A DNA stretch of 64,000 nt. It comes from Dehalococcoidia bacterium. Lineage in GTDB: Bacteria > Chloroflexota > Dehalococcoidia > Lucifugimonadales > GCA-2712585. Positions 18,453 through 29,189 of this stretch are shown one piece after another. A program made the translations under genes and the position numbers. The stretch lies in contig OZ250180.1 in assembly GCA_965238215.1 (NCBI GenBank), positions 1,765,524 through 1,829,523 on the forward strand, in the 5' to 3' direction. Below the pieces are notes generated by a model. The model did no database searches. It was given only the letters and a program-made list of their open reading frames with translations, and was not told the origin of the DNA. The first letter of the stretch is position 1. Every line of letters starts with the position of its first letter.

Positions 18453-19607
18453 CTAATTGCGGCGATTTACTTCAAGCTCCGATAAGGGCTGAATGGCCTT
18501 GGTCGCCATGTCAAAGTAGTCCGGGTCCTTCTCAATCCCAATCGAATGATACCCGATGGCTTCAGCGGCTGCTAAAGTGGAGCCTGCGCCGGCAAAGGTA
18601 TCTACTATCACTCCTTCTCCCAGTGGGAGCGCACCTCTAACCAACTTCCGCATTAACTCTTGAGGCTTTAGGCTTGGATGGGGTGCGATGAGTTTCTCTT
18701 TCTTGCGTGTTGGGGTTGATCTAATTACGTCTCCGAATGGGTACTCATCCGACGGCCTCCGGAATCCCCCCGTCTTCCACCTCCTCAGATTATCCTGAAC
18801 CCGCCCATCCAACGGCTTGCGGAACATCACCCACGGCTCCCACATAGACCTTGGCATCACCGTCACGTTTCGGAATTCCTTCTCCGCCGCCTTGGGCCTG
18901 TCACCGCCGCGCATCGTCATTACTAGCCGTATTATGTCTCCCCTTCGCTCCAAACCGGCAGACGAAAGAGCGTCTGAAAGTATGTGGCTAAGCAACGGAT
19001 TCGAAGCCACTATCACATTTGCTCCAGGCGTCAATTTTGGAAGCAACATCGAGGCCCATACGAGGAAAAACTCTCGTAAATGTTCCTTTTGCGAAGGTGT
19101 CAGCGTGGTGAACCGGGGAAGCGGCGACCGCCTATGGCCGTCGAACGATGGCGGGATTCTCCAAACCCCACCCCTGCCATTTCTCAATTTACGCTGTTCT
19201 TTTTGCGTGTATTCGTACAGTCCGTAAGGAGGATCCGTAACGACGGCGTGAATGGAATTATCCTCTTGCCTATCCAGCCAGCTAAAGCAATCGTCGTGTA
19301 TTATTGTTGCATTCCCAAATCGAAAGGGAGGCTTCTGCTGAAATTCCGATGAGAGAAACTGTTCTTGTCTAATCGTTCCGAATTGCGAGGCTCTTATGCG
19401 GTATACGCCTCTAGCCTCCTTCACGAACAAATCCGGCGTGTTCAACCTCAAATATGAACGAATTGACGATTCGGGAGTGGGGCCGTTGACCTTAGAAACT
19501 CGCTGATATATGTGCTTGGCGGTTAGCCCTTCGGGTGCTACGCGTAGCACCTGAAGAATGGCATCGCGGACTTGACCCGGAGCGTTTCTCTTTCCATCTT
19601 CCGCCAT
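18453..19607 (-). CDS. beta-class DNA methyltransferase (N6A/N4C) with N-terminal winged-helix (HARE-HTH-like) domain
   Basis: Motif IV VVTDPPYG precedes motif I VDTFAGAGST (beta order). The N-terminal ~85 aa (LTAKHIYQRV...TPESSIRSYLRLNTPDLFVKEARGVYRI) look like a wHTH. Confidence 0.9.
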   Translation of the reverse strand: MAEDGKRNAPGQVRDAILQVLRVAPEGLTAKHIYQRVSKVNGPTPESSIRSYLRLNTPDLFVKEARGVYRIRASQFGTIRQEQFLSSEFQQKPPFRFGNATIIHDDCFSWLDRQEDNSIHAVVTDPPYGLYEYTQKEQRKLRNGRGGVWRIPPSFDGHRRSPLPRFTTLTPSQKEHLREFFLVWASMLLPKLTPGANVIVASNPLLSHILSDALSSAGLERRGDIIRLVMTMRGGDRPKAAEKEFRNVTVMPRSMWEPWVMFRKPLDGRVQDNLRRWKTGGFRRPSDEYPFGDVIRSTPTRKKEKLIAPHPSLKPQELMRKLVRGALPLGEGVIVDTFAGAGSTLAAAEAIGYHSIGIEKDPDYFDMATKAIQPLSELEVNRRN

Positions 19608-19616
19608 GGACTCTAG

Positions 19617-19638
19617 TTTAGACGTCTAGACGTCTAAA
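19617..19638. promoter_or_regulatory. 22-bp perfect palindrome TTTAGACGTCTAGACGTCTAAA just upstream of the methyltransferase start
   Basis: Read directly. It sits 9 nt from ATG 19607 and 1 nt from the hyuB stop. It is a candidate operator or hairpin. Confidence 0.45.
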
Positions 19639-19639
19639 A

Positions 19640-21403
19640 TCAAGTGTTCGTCTGCGCCCGCCGCAGGGCGGCGGTGGCAGGTCCGTCAACCTCGCCGGCA
19701 GCTTCGTCTATGACCACGCCGTAGGCCTCCCGGGCATGTTCCGCCGTCACCTTGCCGTTGCGCCAGTCCCACCACACCGCTTGCGGGTCACGCTCCAGGG
19801 GGTTGCCGTAGCCTCCGCCTCCAGGCGAGACGTGACGAAACACGTCGCCCTGTTTCAGGCTCGTGTTTATCTTAGTGGGTAACACCTCCTCCCCGTCGCC
19901 GGGGTTCAGCAGGTTCATAGATCCCCGGCCTGCCTTCCCGCCCTCCAATCCGTATGGCGGGAAGGCGCGGCGGTCCGACCGCCAGGTGATTGTCGCCTCA
20001 GGTGCCAGCACCTCCCACTCCCGCGCAAGGGCCAGCCCGCCCCGATGTCGTCCTGGACCTCCTGAGTCCGGCACATATCCGTAGCTTCGCAGACGAAGGG
20101 GCACCTGAGACTCTATTATCTCAATAGAAACGTTGGAAATGTTCGCGCCTACGCTGGCCACCCCGCCTCGCCCATCACCGTTGTTCCAGGCCCCGCGAAC
20201 GCCGAAGACGTTGTCGTAGAACACCCTGATAGTCCCGTCGGGCTGGAGGAATCCGAAACGTCCCGTGGAAGTCCCGCCCTCCGGCGCCGCGGCCACGCGT
20301 TCCGGGGCAACTTGGGCAAGAGCGCCCAACACCGCGTCTATAAGACGAAAAGACGTCACCCCGCGGGCGGCGCACGAGGCGGGATGCCGCATATTGGTTA
20401 TAGTGCCCTCTGGCGCAATCACCTCCACGGGACGGAAGCAGCCGGAGTTGTTGGGCATATCCTCCCCGATAGCGCACCTGATGGCGCAATAGGCCATGGC
20501 CTTGCTCTGACTCAACACGCAGTTGATGGCCCCGCGGGTCTGTGGGGAAGTCCCCGTGAAGTCCACCAGTGCCGAATCACCCTTTATATGCAGGGCCACC
20601 CGTATGGGAATAGGGTCTGTGCTCAACCCGTCCTCGTCTAAATAGTCGGTGAAATGGTAGACCCCGTCGGGCCAGCGTGAAATGCCCTGGCGGGTGATGC
20701 GCTCGCTGTAGTCCATTAGCTGGCGAAGGTAGAACTTCAGCGTTTCCGTTCCGTACTCGCTTACTAGGTCTAGGATCCCCCGGCTGCCCATTCCGCAGGC
20801 GGAAATCTGGCTGGCGAAATCGCCCATCACCACCTCTGGCGTACGGACGTTTAGCTGAATCATCTCCGCCAGGGTGGCATTCAGCTTGCCCTTGCCGTAC
20901 AGCTTCAGGGGCGGGATGCGGATCCCTTCCTGGTAAATCTCCGTGGAGTCGTGGGCCATGCTGCCTGGGGCCCGGCCACCCACGTCCATGTGGTGCACAA
21001 CCGTTACGGCATAGCCGAAGATTGCGTCCTCCACGAAGATGGGCGTAACGCAAAAGATGTCCGGCAGGTGCAGTCCGCCGGAGTAGGGGTCGTTCAGAAT
21101 TACCACGTCGCCGGGGTGTATGTCGCCGCCGAACCGGTCCAGAACGGCCCGTACGGCGTCAGGTATGCCGCCCATGTGGATGGGAATGGCCAACCCCTGG
21201 TCCAGCACGTCCCCGTTGGTGTCGCAAAGTGCTGCCGAAAAGTCGAAGGCTTGAGTCGTAGTAGGAGACCGGCCCGTACGCTGCACCGTCAACATCATCT
21301 CGTCGGTGATGGACTGTAGGGCGTTGCGAATGACCTCGAAGGTGATTGGGTCGAAGGGGTGCTCTCTCAAGACTCTTGCTCCCAACTTAGAACAACGTTC
21401 CAT
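19640..21403 (-). CDS. hyuB: hydantoinase B/oxoprolinase family protein
   Basis: 587 aa. DPITFEVIRNAL N-terminus and a typical HyuB block pattern. Follows hyuA with a 37-nt overlap. Confidence 0.9.
   Translation of the reverse strand: MERCSKLGARVLREHPFDPITFEVIRNALQSITDEMMLTVQRTGRSPTTTQAFDFSAALCDTNGDVLDQGLAIPIHMGGIPDAVRAVLDRFGGDIHPGDVVILNDPYSGGLHLPDIFCVTPIFVEDAIFGYAVTVVHHMDVGGRAPGSMAHDSTEIYQEGIRIPPLKLYGKGKLNATLAEMIQLNVRTPEVVMGDFASQISACGMGSRGILDLVSEYGTETLKFYLRQLMDYSERITRQGISRWPDGVYHFTDYLDEDGLSTDPIPIRVALHIKGDSALVDFTGTSPQTRGAINCVLSQSKAMAYCAIRCAIGEDMPNNSGCFRPVEVIAPEGTITNMRHPASCAARGVTSFRLIDAVLGALAQVAPERVAAAPEGGTSTGRFGFLQPDGTIRVFYDNVFGVRGAWNNGDGRGGVASVGANISNVSIEIIESQVPLRLRSYGYVPDSGGPGRHRGGLALAREWEVLAPEATITWRSDRRAFPPYGLEGGKAGRGSMNLLNPGDGEEVLPTKINTSLKQGDVFRHVSPGGGGYGNPLERDPQAVWWDWRNGKVTAEHAREAYGVVIDEAAGEVDGPATAALRRAQTNT
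19657..19672. repeat. right copy of the 16-bp direct repeat (inside the hyuB 3' end)
   Basis: Identical to 17723-17738. Encodes AALRR(A) of the HyuB C-terminus. Confidence 0.85.
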
Positions 21404-23484
21404 GCCTCGTCCCGGCTGACGCTGCAGCCGGGGGGCACGACTATGGTCGTATCGTACTCTTCAACGATGACGGGGCCGGGAATGGCATCGGAAGATAGAT
21501 GCCCCCGGGCGATTACCTCGGTTTCCATGAGGCCGAATTCCCGTCCGAAATAGGCCTTCCGCCGGCTCCTTGGCCCGGCTGAGTCATAAAGGGCGGCTCC
21601 CATGGCGCCCATGTCCAAGCTCGACGATGCTTCAATGTCGGGCCGTCCGACGACTCGAATGTTGGTCACCTCAACCGCTTCGCCGTCAGAACGGTAGCCA
21701 TAGGTGCGGTGGTGCTCCTGTCCGAAGGCTTCCTTCAGTTCCGGCATGGAGCCGGAGTCTGGCATGGGCACGGTCAACTCGTGGATCTGCGCGGCATAGT
21801 GTAGGTCTGCGTACCGGTGGAACGCCAGCCTATTCGGGTCGTACCCCTCTCGACGCAATACCTGGGACGCCTCGTTCTCTAACGCTGTGAATCCCGCCTC
21901 CAGACCGGAGTCCGCTCCGTCGCCCGTCATCATCATGAGGCTGCGAACGAACTCGTACTCCTGGGCCGCCGCCAAAAGGCCGAGGCTGCTGAAGAGCCCC
22001 GGCGCGGTGGGGACGATGACCCGGCTAATGCTCATCTGCCGCGCCAGAGCGGCGGCGTGGCACGGGCCGCTACCGCCAAAGGCCACCAGCGTGAAGTTCC
22101 GGGCGTCCCGCCCACGCTCCGTGGTCACCGAACGCATGGCCCTCGCCATAGAGGCATTGGCTACCACGTGAACGCCATAGGCCGCCTCCAGTATGGAAAG
22201 ACCCAGAGGACGGGCCACCTTTTCGTCAAATATGCGGCGCGCCTTCTCCAGATTCACCTTCAGCGACCCGCCCAGCAGGTATTCAGGGTTCAGATAGCCC
22301 AGCAGAACGTTGGCGTCGCTCGTGGTGGGTTCCTCGCCGCCCTGGTCGTAGCAGATGGGACCCGGCTCTGCCCCGGCGCTTCTCGGCCCCACCTGGAAGG
22401 AGCCACCCGCGTCCAGGGATACCAGGCTGCCCCCGCCGGCCCCCACCTCCGCCACGTCAACCGCTCGAACCATTAGCAGATATCCGCCGCCCTTGAGAAG
22501 CCTGCTGCCCTTGGAGATGGGCGCGCCGATTTCGTACTCCATCGACTTGTGGGGCTCTCCCTCCTCGATGACAGCTGCCTTTGTGGTGGTGCCCCCCATG
22601 TCGAAAGTCAGCAGGTTCGGCGTAGACAATTTCTTCGATAGATGCAACGCACCCGACACTCCCGCTACAGGCCCGGATTCCAACGAGAATACGGGCCGTT
22701 CTCCCGCTCTGTGAGAAGTCATCATGCCGCCGCTGGACTGCATCACCAGTATCGGAGCTTCTATTCCCATGGCGGAAACTCTATCCCGCAGCGACCTCAG
22801 ATAGGTGTTCATCACCGGCATCAGGTAGGCGTTGGCGACGGTGGTGCTGGTGCGTTCGTACTCACGAATGGCGCTCACAACCTCGTGAGAGAGGCTGACG
22901 AATAAATCGGGGTATTCGGCCCGGGCAAGCTCTCCGATGGCCCGTTCGTGCACCGGGTTGCGGTAGGCGTTGATGAGACACACGGCCAGGGATTCCACCC
23001 CTTCCGCCAGAAGCTGTTCGATCCTTCGTCGCACCTCGTCCAGGTCCAGAGGCGTCAACACCTGACCGGCGGCGTCCAAACGCTCCTCCACCTCCAGCCG
23101 AAGGTAGCGAGGGACTAGCGGGTCCGGCGGCGTGTAGAAGAGGTCGTAGAGGGTGGGAGTGCGAAGGCGGCGCACCTCCAGCACGTCTCGGAAGCCCTTG
23201 GTGGTGATGAGTCCAACCTTGGCGCCGCGGCGCTCCAATACGGCGTTGGTGGCGGCGGTCGTGCTGTGGCAAACCTCCACCACCTGGGAAGGCGAGACGC
23301 CTGCTTCTGCCAGCGCCTCGCTTATGCCCTTCATGATTCCCACTTCGTAGCGGCCTGGGGTGGAAGAGACTTTGCGCACCGCCAGCCGCCCGTTAGGGCC
23401 CGTAAGCACGACGTCCGTGAAGGTGCCCCCCACGTCGACGCCCAGCCGGTATCCTCTATGTTCAAGCAATGTCATAAGCCGCAA
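21367..23484 (-). CDS. hyuA: hydantoinase A/oxoprolinase family protein
   Basis: 705 aa. The YRLGVDVGGTFTDVV N-terminus is typical of HyuA. Confidence 0.9.
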   Translation of the reverse strand: MRLMTLLEHRGYRLGVDVGGTFTDVVLTGPNGRLAVRKVSSTPGRYEVGIMKGISEALAEAGVSPSQVVEVCHSTTAATNAVLERRGAKVGLITTKGFRDVLEVRRLRTPTLYDLFYTPPDPLVPRYLRLEVEERLDAAGQVLTPLDLDEVRRRIEQLLAEGVESLAVCLINAYRNPVHERAIGELARAEYPDLFVSLSHEVVSAIREYERTSTTVANAYLMPVMNTYLRSLRDRVSAMGIEAPILVMQSSGGMMTSHRAGERPVFSLESGPVAGVSGALHLSKKLSTPNLLTFDMGGTTTKAAVIEEGEPHKSMEYEIGAPISKGSRLLKGGGYLLMVRAVDVAEVGAGGGSLVSLDAGGSFQVGPRSAGAEPGPICYDQGGEEPTTSDANVLLGYLNPEYLLGGSLKVNLEKARRIFDEKVARPLGLSILEAAYGVHVVANASMARAMRSVTTERGRDARNFTLVAFGGSGPCHAAALARQMSISRVIVPTAPGLFSSLGLLAAAQEYEFVRSLMMMTGDGADSGLEAGFTALENEASQVLRREGYDPNRLAFHRYADLHYAAQIHELTVPMPDSGSMPELKEAFGQEHHRTYGYRSDGEAVEVTNIRVVGRPDIEASSSLDMGAMGAALYDSAGPRSRRKAYFGREFGLMETEVIARGHLSSDAIPGPVIVEEYDTTIVVPPGCSVSRDEAWNVVLSWEQES

Positions 23485-23603
23485 ACCGCCCGTCTATTAT
23501 ACAGGGTTCACGGGCTCAGGACGGGGGACTAAAGGTTGGCAATTGTGGCTAACTGGGGATGCCAAGAATTGCGAAGGTCCCATTGCATGACTGGCGCCTC
23601 TCA

Positions 23604-24035
23604 CTAAGGACTCAGACCTAGCCCTTTCTTGACCCTTCCAACAAGTACGTAGTTGCCTGGTTCGCCAGACATAAAGTCGGTGCCAATGACCCACATATCC
23701 ATAGGCGAAAAGCCGTACTTGCCCAGAAAGGCCGCCCCAGCCCGGTCTTGTAGGTCCTTCAGTCGCCGGTCCCAATCAGCACCCGGTCCACAGCCAGTAG
23801 GAGCATATCCACACCGGAGGAACTCGGGATCCGTGCGCATCTCCTGGAGTTCATCCCATAAAGCACGGGCCTCTCTACGCAGCGACTCCAAACGGGCTTC
23901 CTGGTTGGCATCCACTGAGGCTATTGTTTCTATTTTCACTGTCGGCTATGCAGTCGGATCTGTCGCCGTATCTGAACTCGACACTATTCCGGACAGTAGA
24001 ACCAGTATTACCAGCATCGAAAGGAATAATCGCAT
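23604..24035 (-). pseudogene. secreted/membrane hypothetical protein interrupted by in-frame TAG
   Basis: AGGAG SD 5 nt before ATG 24035. Signal-like MRLFLSMLVILVLLSGIV..., then TAG at 23948-23946, then the same frame continues for 113 codons. The downstream piece has no SD of its own. Confidence 0.45.
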
Positions 24036-24371
24036 TAGGACTCCTCTTGCGGCTCGGGATAAGGACGGACGAATGCTACTTAGTCCAACTAACGCGTGCG
24101 CCGACAAGTGGGCATACCGCACCCCACCCGCCCTATCGTGCACGTAGTTGCCCGACGGACTCAGTAGCATTGAGAGATTACAGAACGTAGGAGTGAACCG
24201 TCAAGTGATTTAGCTAAATTGTTCTGGACCTCACAATGTGTAGATAGCATAGCCCCGGCAACGTGGGGATTCTTAGTTAGACTGTCTTGGACATTGTCAA
24301 CCTGTTAGCGTGTCCGTATAAGGGCCAGCCATCCAAACTGAGATGCTACCACCGCCGCAACGAGCGACGGC

Positions 24372-25514
24372 TTAATAGCCCGGTATCGGTTCCTTCACCC
24401 CAAACCCTGTCAGTGGCAGCAGCACGCTCTCCGACTGCTGAATGTCTCCGTTGGCCAGCAGCTTCTCCAGTCCTCCCAGCACGATGGCCGACGTGGGTTC
24501 AACGATGATACCCTCCAGCGACGCCAGGGTCCCCTGCCACTCCAGAATCTTCTCTTCCGACACGGCCACGAAGCTGCCGCCAGACTCCTTGGCGGCTTCC
24601 TGCAGGCTGTGGGGTCGGGGCGGGTTGGTGACGCCAATGCCGTTGGCCCGGCTCGCCGCCTCGCCCTCGTAGGGAGTCCACTTCCGCCCTTGGAAGGCCG
24701 CAACTACCGGCTGGGTCTCCTCTGTCTGCGCCCCGTGCAGACGGGGCATTCGGTCAACCCGCCCGTCTTCAAGCATCTCGCGGAAGCCCCGCCACATGCC
24801 CTGGTAGATTGATCCGTTGCCTATGGGCACGATGATATGGTCGGGCAGGGGGGCCATCTGCTCCGCAATCTCGTAGGCCAGGGTCTTCAGACCCTCAATG
24901 AAGTAGATGTTCTGGCCGTAGTTCATGTGAAGAATGCCTGCGTCCTCCGCATAGCTCCGCGCCCCTTCGCTGCGGGCCGTCTTGCCCGCGCCCGCCCAGT
25001 GCATTTGCGTGCCGTGGAGGGCGATGGCGTGGACCTTCCGGCTGTCTGCGTTAGTCTCGTTGGCGAACCCGTGGAACCGGATGCCCGCCCGGGCGCAGTA
25101 GGCGGCGAAGGAATGTCCAGCATTCCCGCCGGTGGCGTCGGCAACCTCCGTGACACCCGTGTCCTTGAGTACCGACACCTGGACAGTGTTGCCCCGGTCC
25201 TTGAAAGAGCCTGTTGGGTTGAAATACTCCATCTTGGCGTTCAGGTTGGCTATCCCCAGACGCTCGCCTACCCGCGGCAGAGGCACCACGGGGGTGTTTC
25301 CTTCTCCCATCGTCACCAGGTTGGCCGGGTCGTTGATGGGTAGTGTCGGAAGATAGCGGGCAGTACCCTGCGCACCCGCGACTACGCGAGCCTCCGCCGT
25401 GGCCGGCGTGTCGTACCGGGCGTCCAGCAACCCGCCGCAGGACTCGCAAAAGAGCCGGTATTTGCTGCCGTCGTATTGGGCTTCACACTGTTCACAAATA
25501 AGAGAATAAGCCAT
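24372..25514 (-). CDS. threonine synthase-like PLP enzyme (fold type II) with N-terminal Cys4 ribbon
   Basis: CEQCEA...CESCGG followed by NPTGSFKDRG, which contains the PLP lysine. Confidence 0.75.
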   Translation of the reverse strand: MAYSLICEQCEAQYDGSKYRLFCESCGGLLDARYDTPATAEARVVAGAQGTARYLPTLPINDPANLVTMGEGNTPVVPLPRVGERLGIANLNAKMEYFNPTGSFKDRGNTVQVSVLKDTGVTEVADATGGNAGHSFAAYCARAGIRFHGFANETNADSRKVHAIALHGTQMHWAGAGKTARSEGARSYAEDAGILHMNYGQNIYFIEGLKTLAYEIAEQMAPLPDHIIVPIGNGSIYQGMWRGFREMLEDGRVDRMPRLHGAQTEETQPVVAAFQGRKWTPYEGEAASRANGIGVTNPPRPHSLQEAAKESGGSFVAVSEEKILEWQGTLASLEGIIVEPTSAIVLGGLEKLLANGDIQQSESVLLPLTGFGVKEPIPGY

Positions 25515-25658
25515 TTTTCACTCCTAATAATTCCAGGGGATGTCGGCCCCGGTTTTCCTCCACCGTCCCTCCGGTTAGAGGAGTTCACTGTAGCCCGCCT
25601 GCAAGAGTCTTAGCTGCGCTGGAAATAATACGAGGATACCCGGAATGTTAGGTGACGC

Positions 25659-26054
25659 CTACAGGCAGGCGACGCCCGCCCGCGAGCACTCCTCGTCCTG
25701 TTGGCCGGTGCCTCCGCCGACGCCGCACGCGCCGATGGGCCGGCCGTCCCGTATGATGGGCACGGCGCCCTGGCTCATTATCATGTGTCCTCCCTCGGCC
25801 ATCGCAATTCCCCGCATGATGGGATCGTCCGCCCTGACTTGTAGGGTCCCGCTGGTTAGACCGAATCCCACGGACGCTACCGCCTTGCCCTGGGAGCCAT
25901 AGGCGCTGGCCCAGGTTGCATCCTCCATCCGCTGGAAGGCCAGAAGCCTGCCTCCGGCGTCCACCACCGCAGCGCTGATCTTGATGTTGAACTCTTCGGC
26001 CTTGGCCAAGGCCCCTTCGATGGCTCGATTGGCTTCCGCAAGGGTTAAAGACAT
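25659..26054 (-). CDS. GlcG/HbpS-like (DUF336) heme-binding protein
   Basis: 131 aa. AVVDAGG.L.AF.RMD and GGGI.I..DG..IGA.GVSGG pattern. Confidence 0.8.
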   Translation of the reverse strand: MSLTLAEANRAIEGALAKAEEFNIKISAAVVDAGGRLLAFQRMEDATWASAYGSQGKAVASVGFGLTSGTLQVRADDPIMRGIAMAEGGHMIMSQGAVPIIRDGRPIGACGVGGGTGQQDEECSRAGVACL

Positions 26055-26180
26055 GGAATGCCCTCCTCGAAACGATGCTTAAACGGCCGCGCTTGACCGC
26101 GGCTGGAATGCCCGCAGTCTAAGGCCCGCCCGCCGCCCACGTCAACCTGAACCGGCTTCATGTGTCCCGCCGCCTGAGGC

Positions 26181-27221
<1,041 letters not shown>

Positions 27222-27395
27222 CTACCGGGGCGTAGTGTTGAAGTTCCCCCCTCTATTCTATAAAAGCAGCGCGGGTCTTTCCACTGCCCCCACCCATCCT
27301 GCCATTCTGAACGGAGTTGAAGAATCTCGTTGGGTAGGCCCGTTTCGGTATGATGGACGAAGGCGTCCTAGCGTTGACCTGCCCGAAATGGCTGA

Positions 27396-28427
27396 TTAGG
27401 GCCAGAGAGAGAGGGATTCCAGGGCCATGGTTTCCGGCAAGCCCAACATCAGATTCATGTTCTGCACCGCCTGCCCCGCCGCACCCTTCACCAGATTGTC
27501 GAGGCAGCTGACTACTATAAGCCGTCCCGTTCGCGGGTCCACCGTGGGGTATACGAGGCACAGGTTAGACCCCGTGGTCTGCTTGGTTCGAGGCGGCGAG
27601 TCGGTCACGTGGGTAAACGGCTCGTCGGCGTAGAACTCCCGGTAAGCCTCCTGCACGGCCTCCCGGGTTGTCGATGGGTCCGATAGAGGGGCGTAGCAGG
27701 TGGCAAGGATGCCCCGCGTCATGGGGATTAGGTGAGGAACGAAGGTTACTTTGGCGGTCTCCGAGCCGCCCAGGGCCGCCAGTTCCTGCGCAATCTCCGG
27801 CTGATGTCCGTGTCCTTCCAACCCGTAGGCCAGCACGTTCTCGTTGGCCTCGGCGAAGTGGTACATGGGGTTGGATGTGATGCTGCCCCGCCCCGCGCCG
27901 GAAATCCCCGACTTGGCGTCAATGATAGCGTCAAGGGCAACCAGACCCTCCCTGAATGCCGGCGCCAGGGCCAGGATGGACGCCTCCGGGTAGCAGCCGG
28001 GGTTGGCTATCAGCGACGCTCCGGCGATGCGACTCCGGTTAATCTCCGGCAGTCCGTAGACGGCGCGCTCCAACAAATGTGGCGCGGGATGGTCTATCTT
28101 GTAGGCTGCCTTGAACCCGGCTGCGCTGCGGATTCGGAAGTCGGCGGCGATGTCCACCGCCTTCATTCCCCCGTCCACCAGAGGGGCCAGGGCCGCCGCA
28201 CTGGCGCCGCTGGGAAGGCTGGAGAAAACAAAGTCTACGGACTCCTCCACCGTGGTCGTAATGGGCAGGTCTATGTCCCACAGGTGGGGCACGGCCTCCG
28301 GCAGCCGCTTCCCTGCGGCGCTGCGACCGGTGACAGACGCGATGGTCACTTCCGGGTGGTTGTGAAGAATTCGGGCCAACTCCGAGCCGGCGTATCCCGT
28401 GACGTTGATTATTCCTACCTTGGTCAC
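27396..28427 (-). CDS. argC: N-acetyl-gamma-glutamyl-phosphate reductase
   Basis: VGIINVTGYAGSEL and NPGCYP active-site motif. GTG 28427 chosen (GAGG SD) inside ORF 27396..28469. Confidence 0.9.
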   Translation of the reverse strand: MTKVGIINVTGYAGSELARILHNHPEVTIASVTGRSAAGKRLPEAVPHLWDIDLPITTTVEESVDFVFSSLPSGASAAALAPLVDGGMKAVDIAADFRIRSAAGFKAAYKIDHPAPHLLERAVYGLPEINRSRIAGASLIANPGCYPEASILALAPAFREGLVALDAIIDAKSGISGAGRGSITSNPMYHFAEANENVLAYGLEGHGHQPEIAQELAALGGSETAKVTFVPHLIPMTRGILATCYAPLSDPSTTREAVQEAYREFYADEPFTHVTDSPPRTKQTTGSNLCLVYPTVDPRTGRLIVVSCLDNLVKGAAGQAVQNMNLMLGLPETMALESLSLWP

Positions 28428-28518
28428 TGTTGAACCTCGTTTGGGAGTGACAAACAGTATAAGCCGCACTTCCCCGTGGGGTAAAGGCGGCGGCTATTAA
28501 AGGGCTACTGCAATTACA

Positions 28519-28555
28519 AACAACAAAAAGGGACGGCCCCTTTGAGAGGCCGTCC
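28519..28555 (-). terminator. Rho-independent terminator of the 28578..28916 gene
   Basis: GGACGGCC-9 nt-GGCCGTCC stem (28531-28555), followed on the minus strand by CUUUUUGUUGUUUG. Confidence 0.65.
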
Positions 28556-28577
28556 GCCGATACAATCTTCGGTGAGG

Positions 28578-28916
28578 CTAAGTCTTCTCGTACGGGGGAG
28601 CTTCGGTGTACTTCTCGCCCCTAGCTTCCGCTTCCTCTTTCCGCTTGAGCCAATTGCGCACCTGCTCATAGGCTTCAGCCTTCCCCTCAGCCTTTCCTTC
28701 TGCATATCGTCTTTTCAAATACCGTTCAGCTAGCATGATTCCACCTTCCACTATCAAGAAAGTTGTGGCCGTGCTGACAAAGACGGCGTTGGCCATTACT
28801 AACAGCACGGCTATCGGGTCAGGGTCCCTTAGTACCGCCACAATCAGCCAACCAATGAACTGGACCGTGAAGAGGATAATGAATATCCCTTCACGGTGCT
28901 TGGCTACAGGGGGCAA
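28578..28916 (-). CDS. hypothetical 2-TM protein with charged C-terminal helix
   Basis: 112 aa, two hydrophobic helices, then RRYAEGKAEGKAEAYEQVRNWLKRKEEAEARGEK. Has its own terminator. Confidence 0.55.
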   Translation of the reverse strand: MPPVAKHREGIFIILFTVQFIGWLIVAVLRDPDPIAVLLVMANAVFVSTATTFLIVEGGIMLAERYLKRRYAEGKAEGKAEAYEQVRNWLKRKEEAEARGEKYTEAPPYEKT

Positions 28917-29189
28917 AAGATATTCCCGTCAGTCTCGCCGCCGTTTAGTTTGTTGCTTAGATGAGTGGGCAAGTTCTCACGATTTCTCCTGGGATAATTC
29001 TAATAGCTTCTCTGTCCGTTCAGCCTTTCGGATGATGCGGAAATACTATGTTCATGCCTCCGGAGTGTCAACCAAGCCTCTATCTATAGTAACAGAGCTT
29101 GGGACGAATCGACGGAGGGACGTTGCCAGATTGCGTCAAGTTGGGGGGCCGGTTGTATACGGCGTTTGCGAAGTCCCTCACGGGTAACG

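Noticed and set aside
25515-25658. S-box/SAM-type riboswitch upstream of the threonine-synthase-like gene
   Set aside because: There is only a loose ccggagggacgg resemblance to the SAM-I core. I could not trace the four-helix junction or the conserved flanking motifs.
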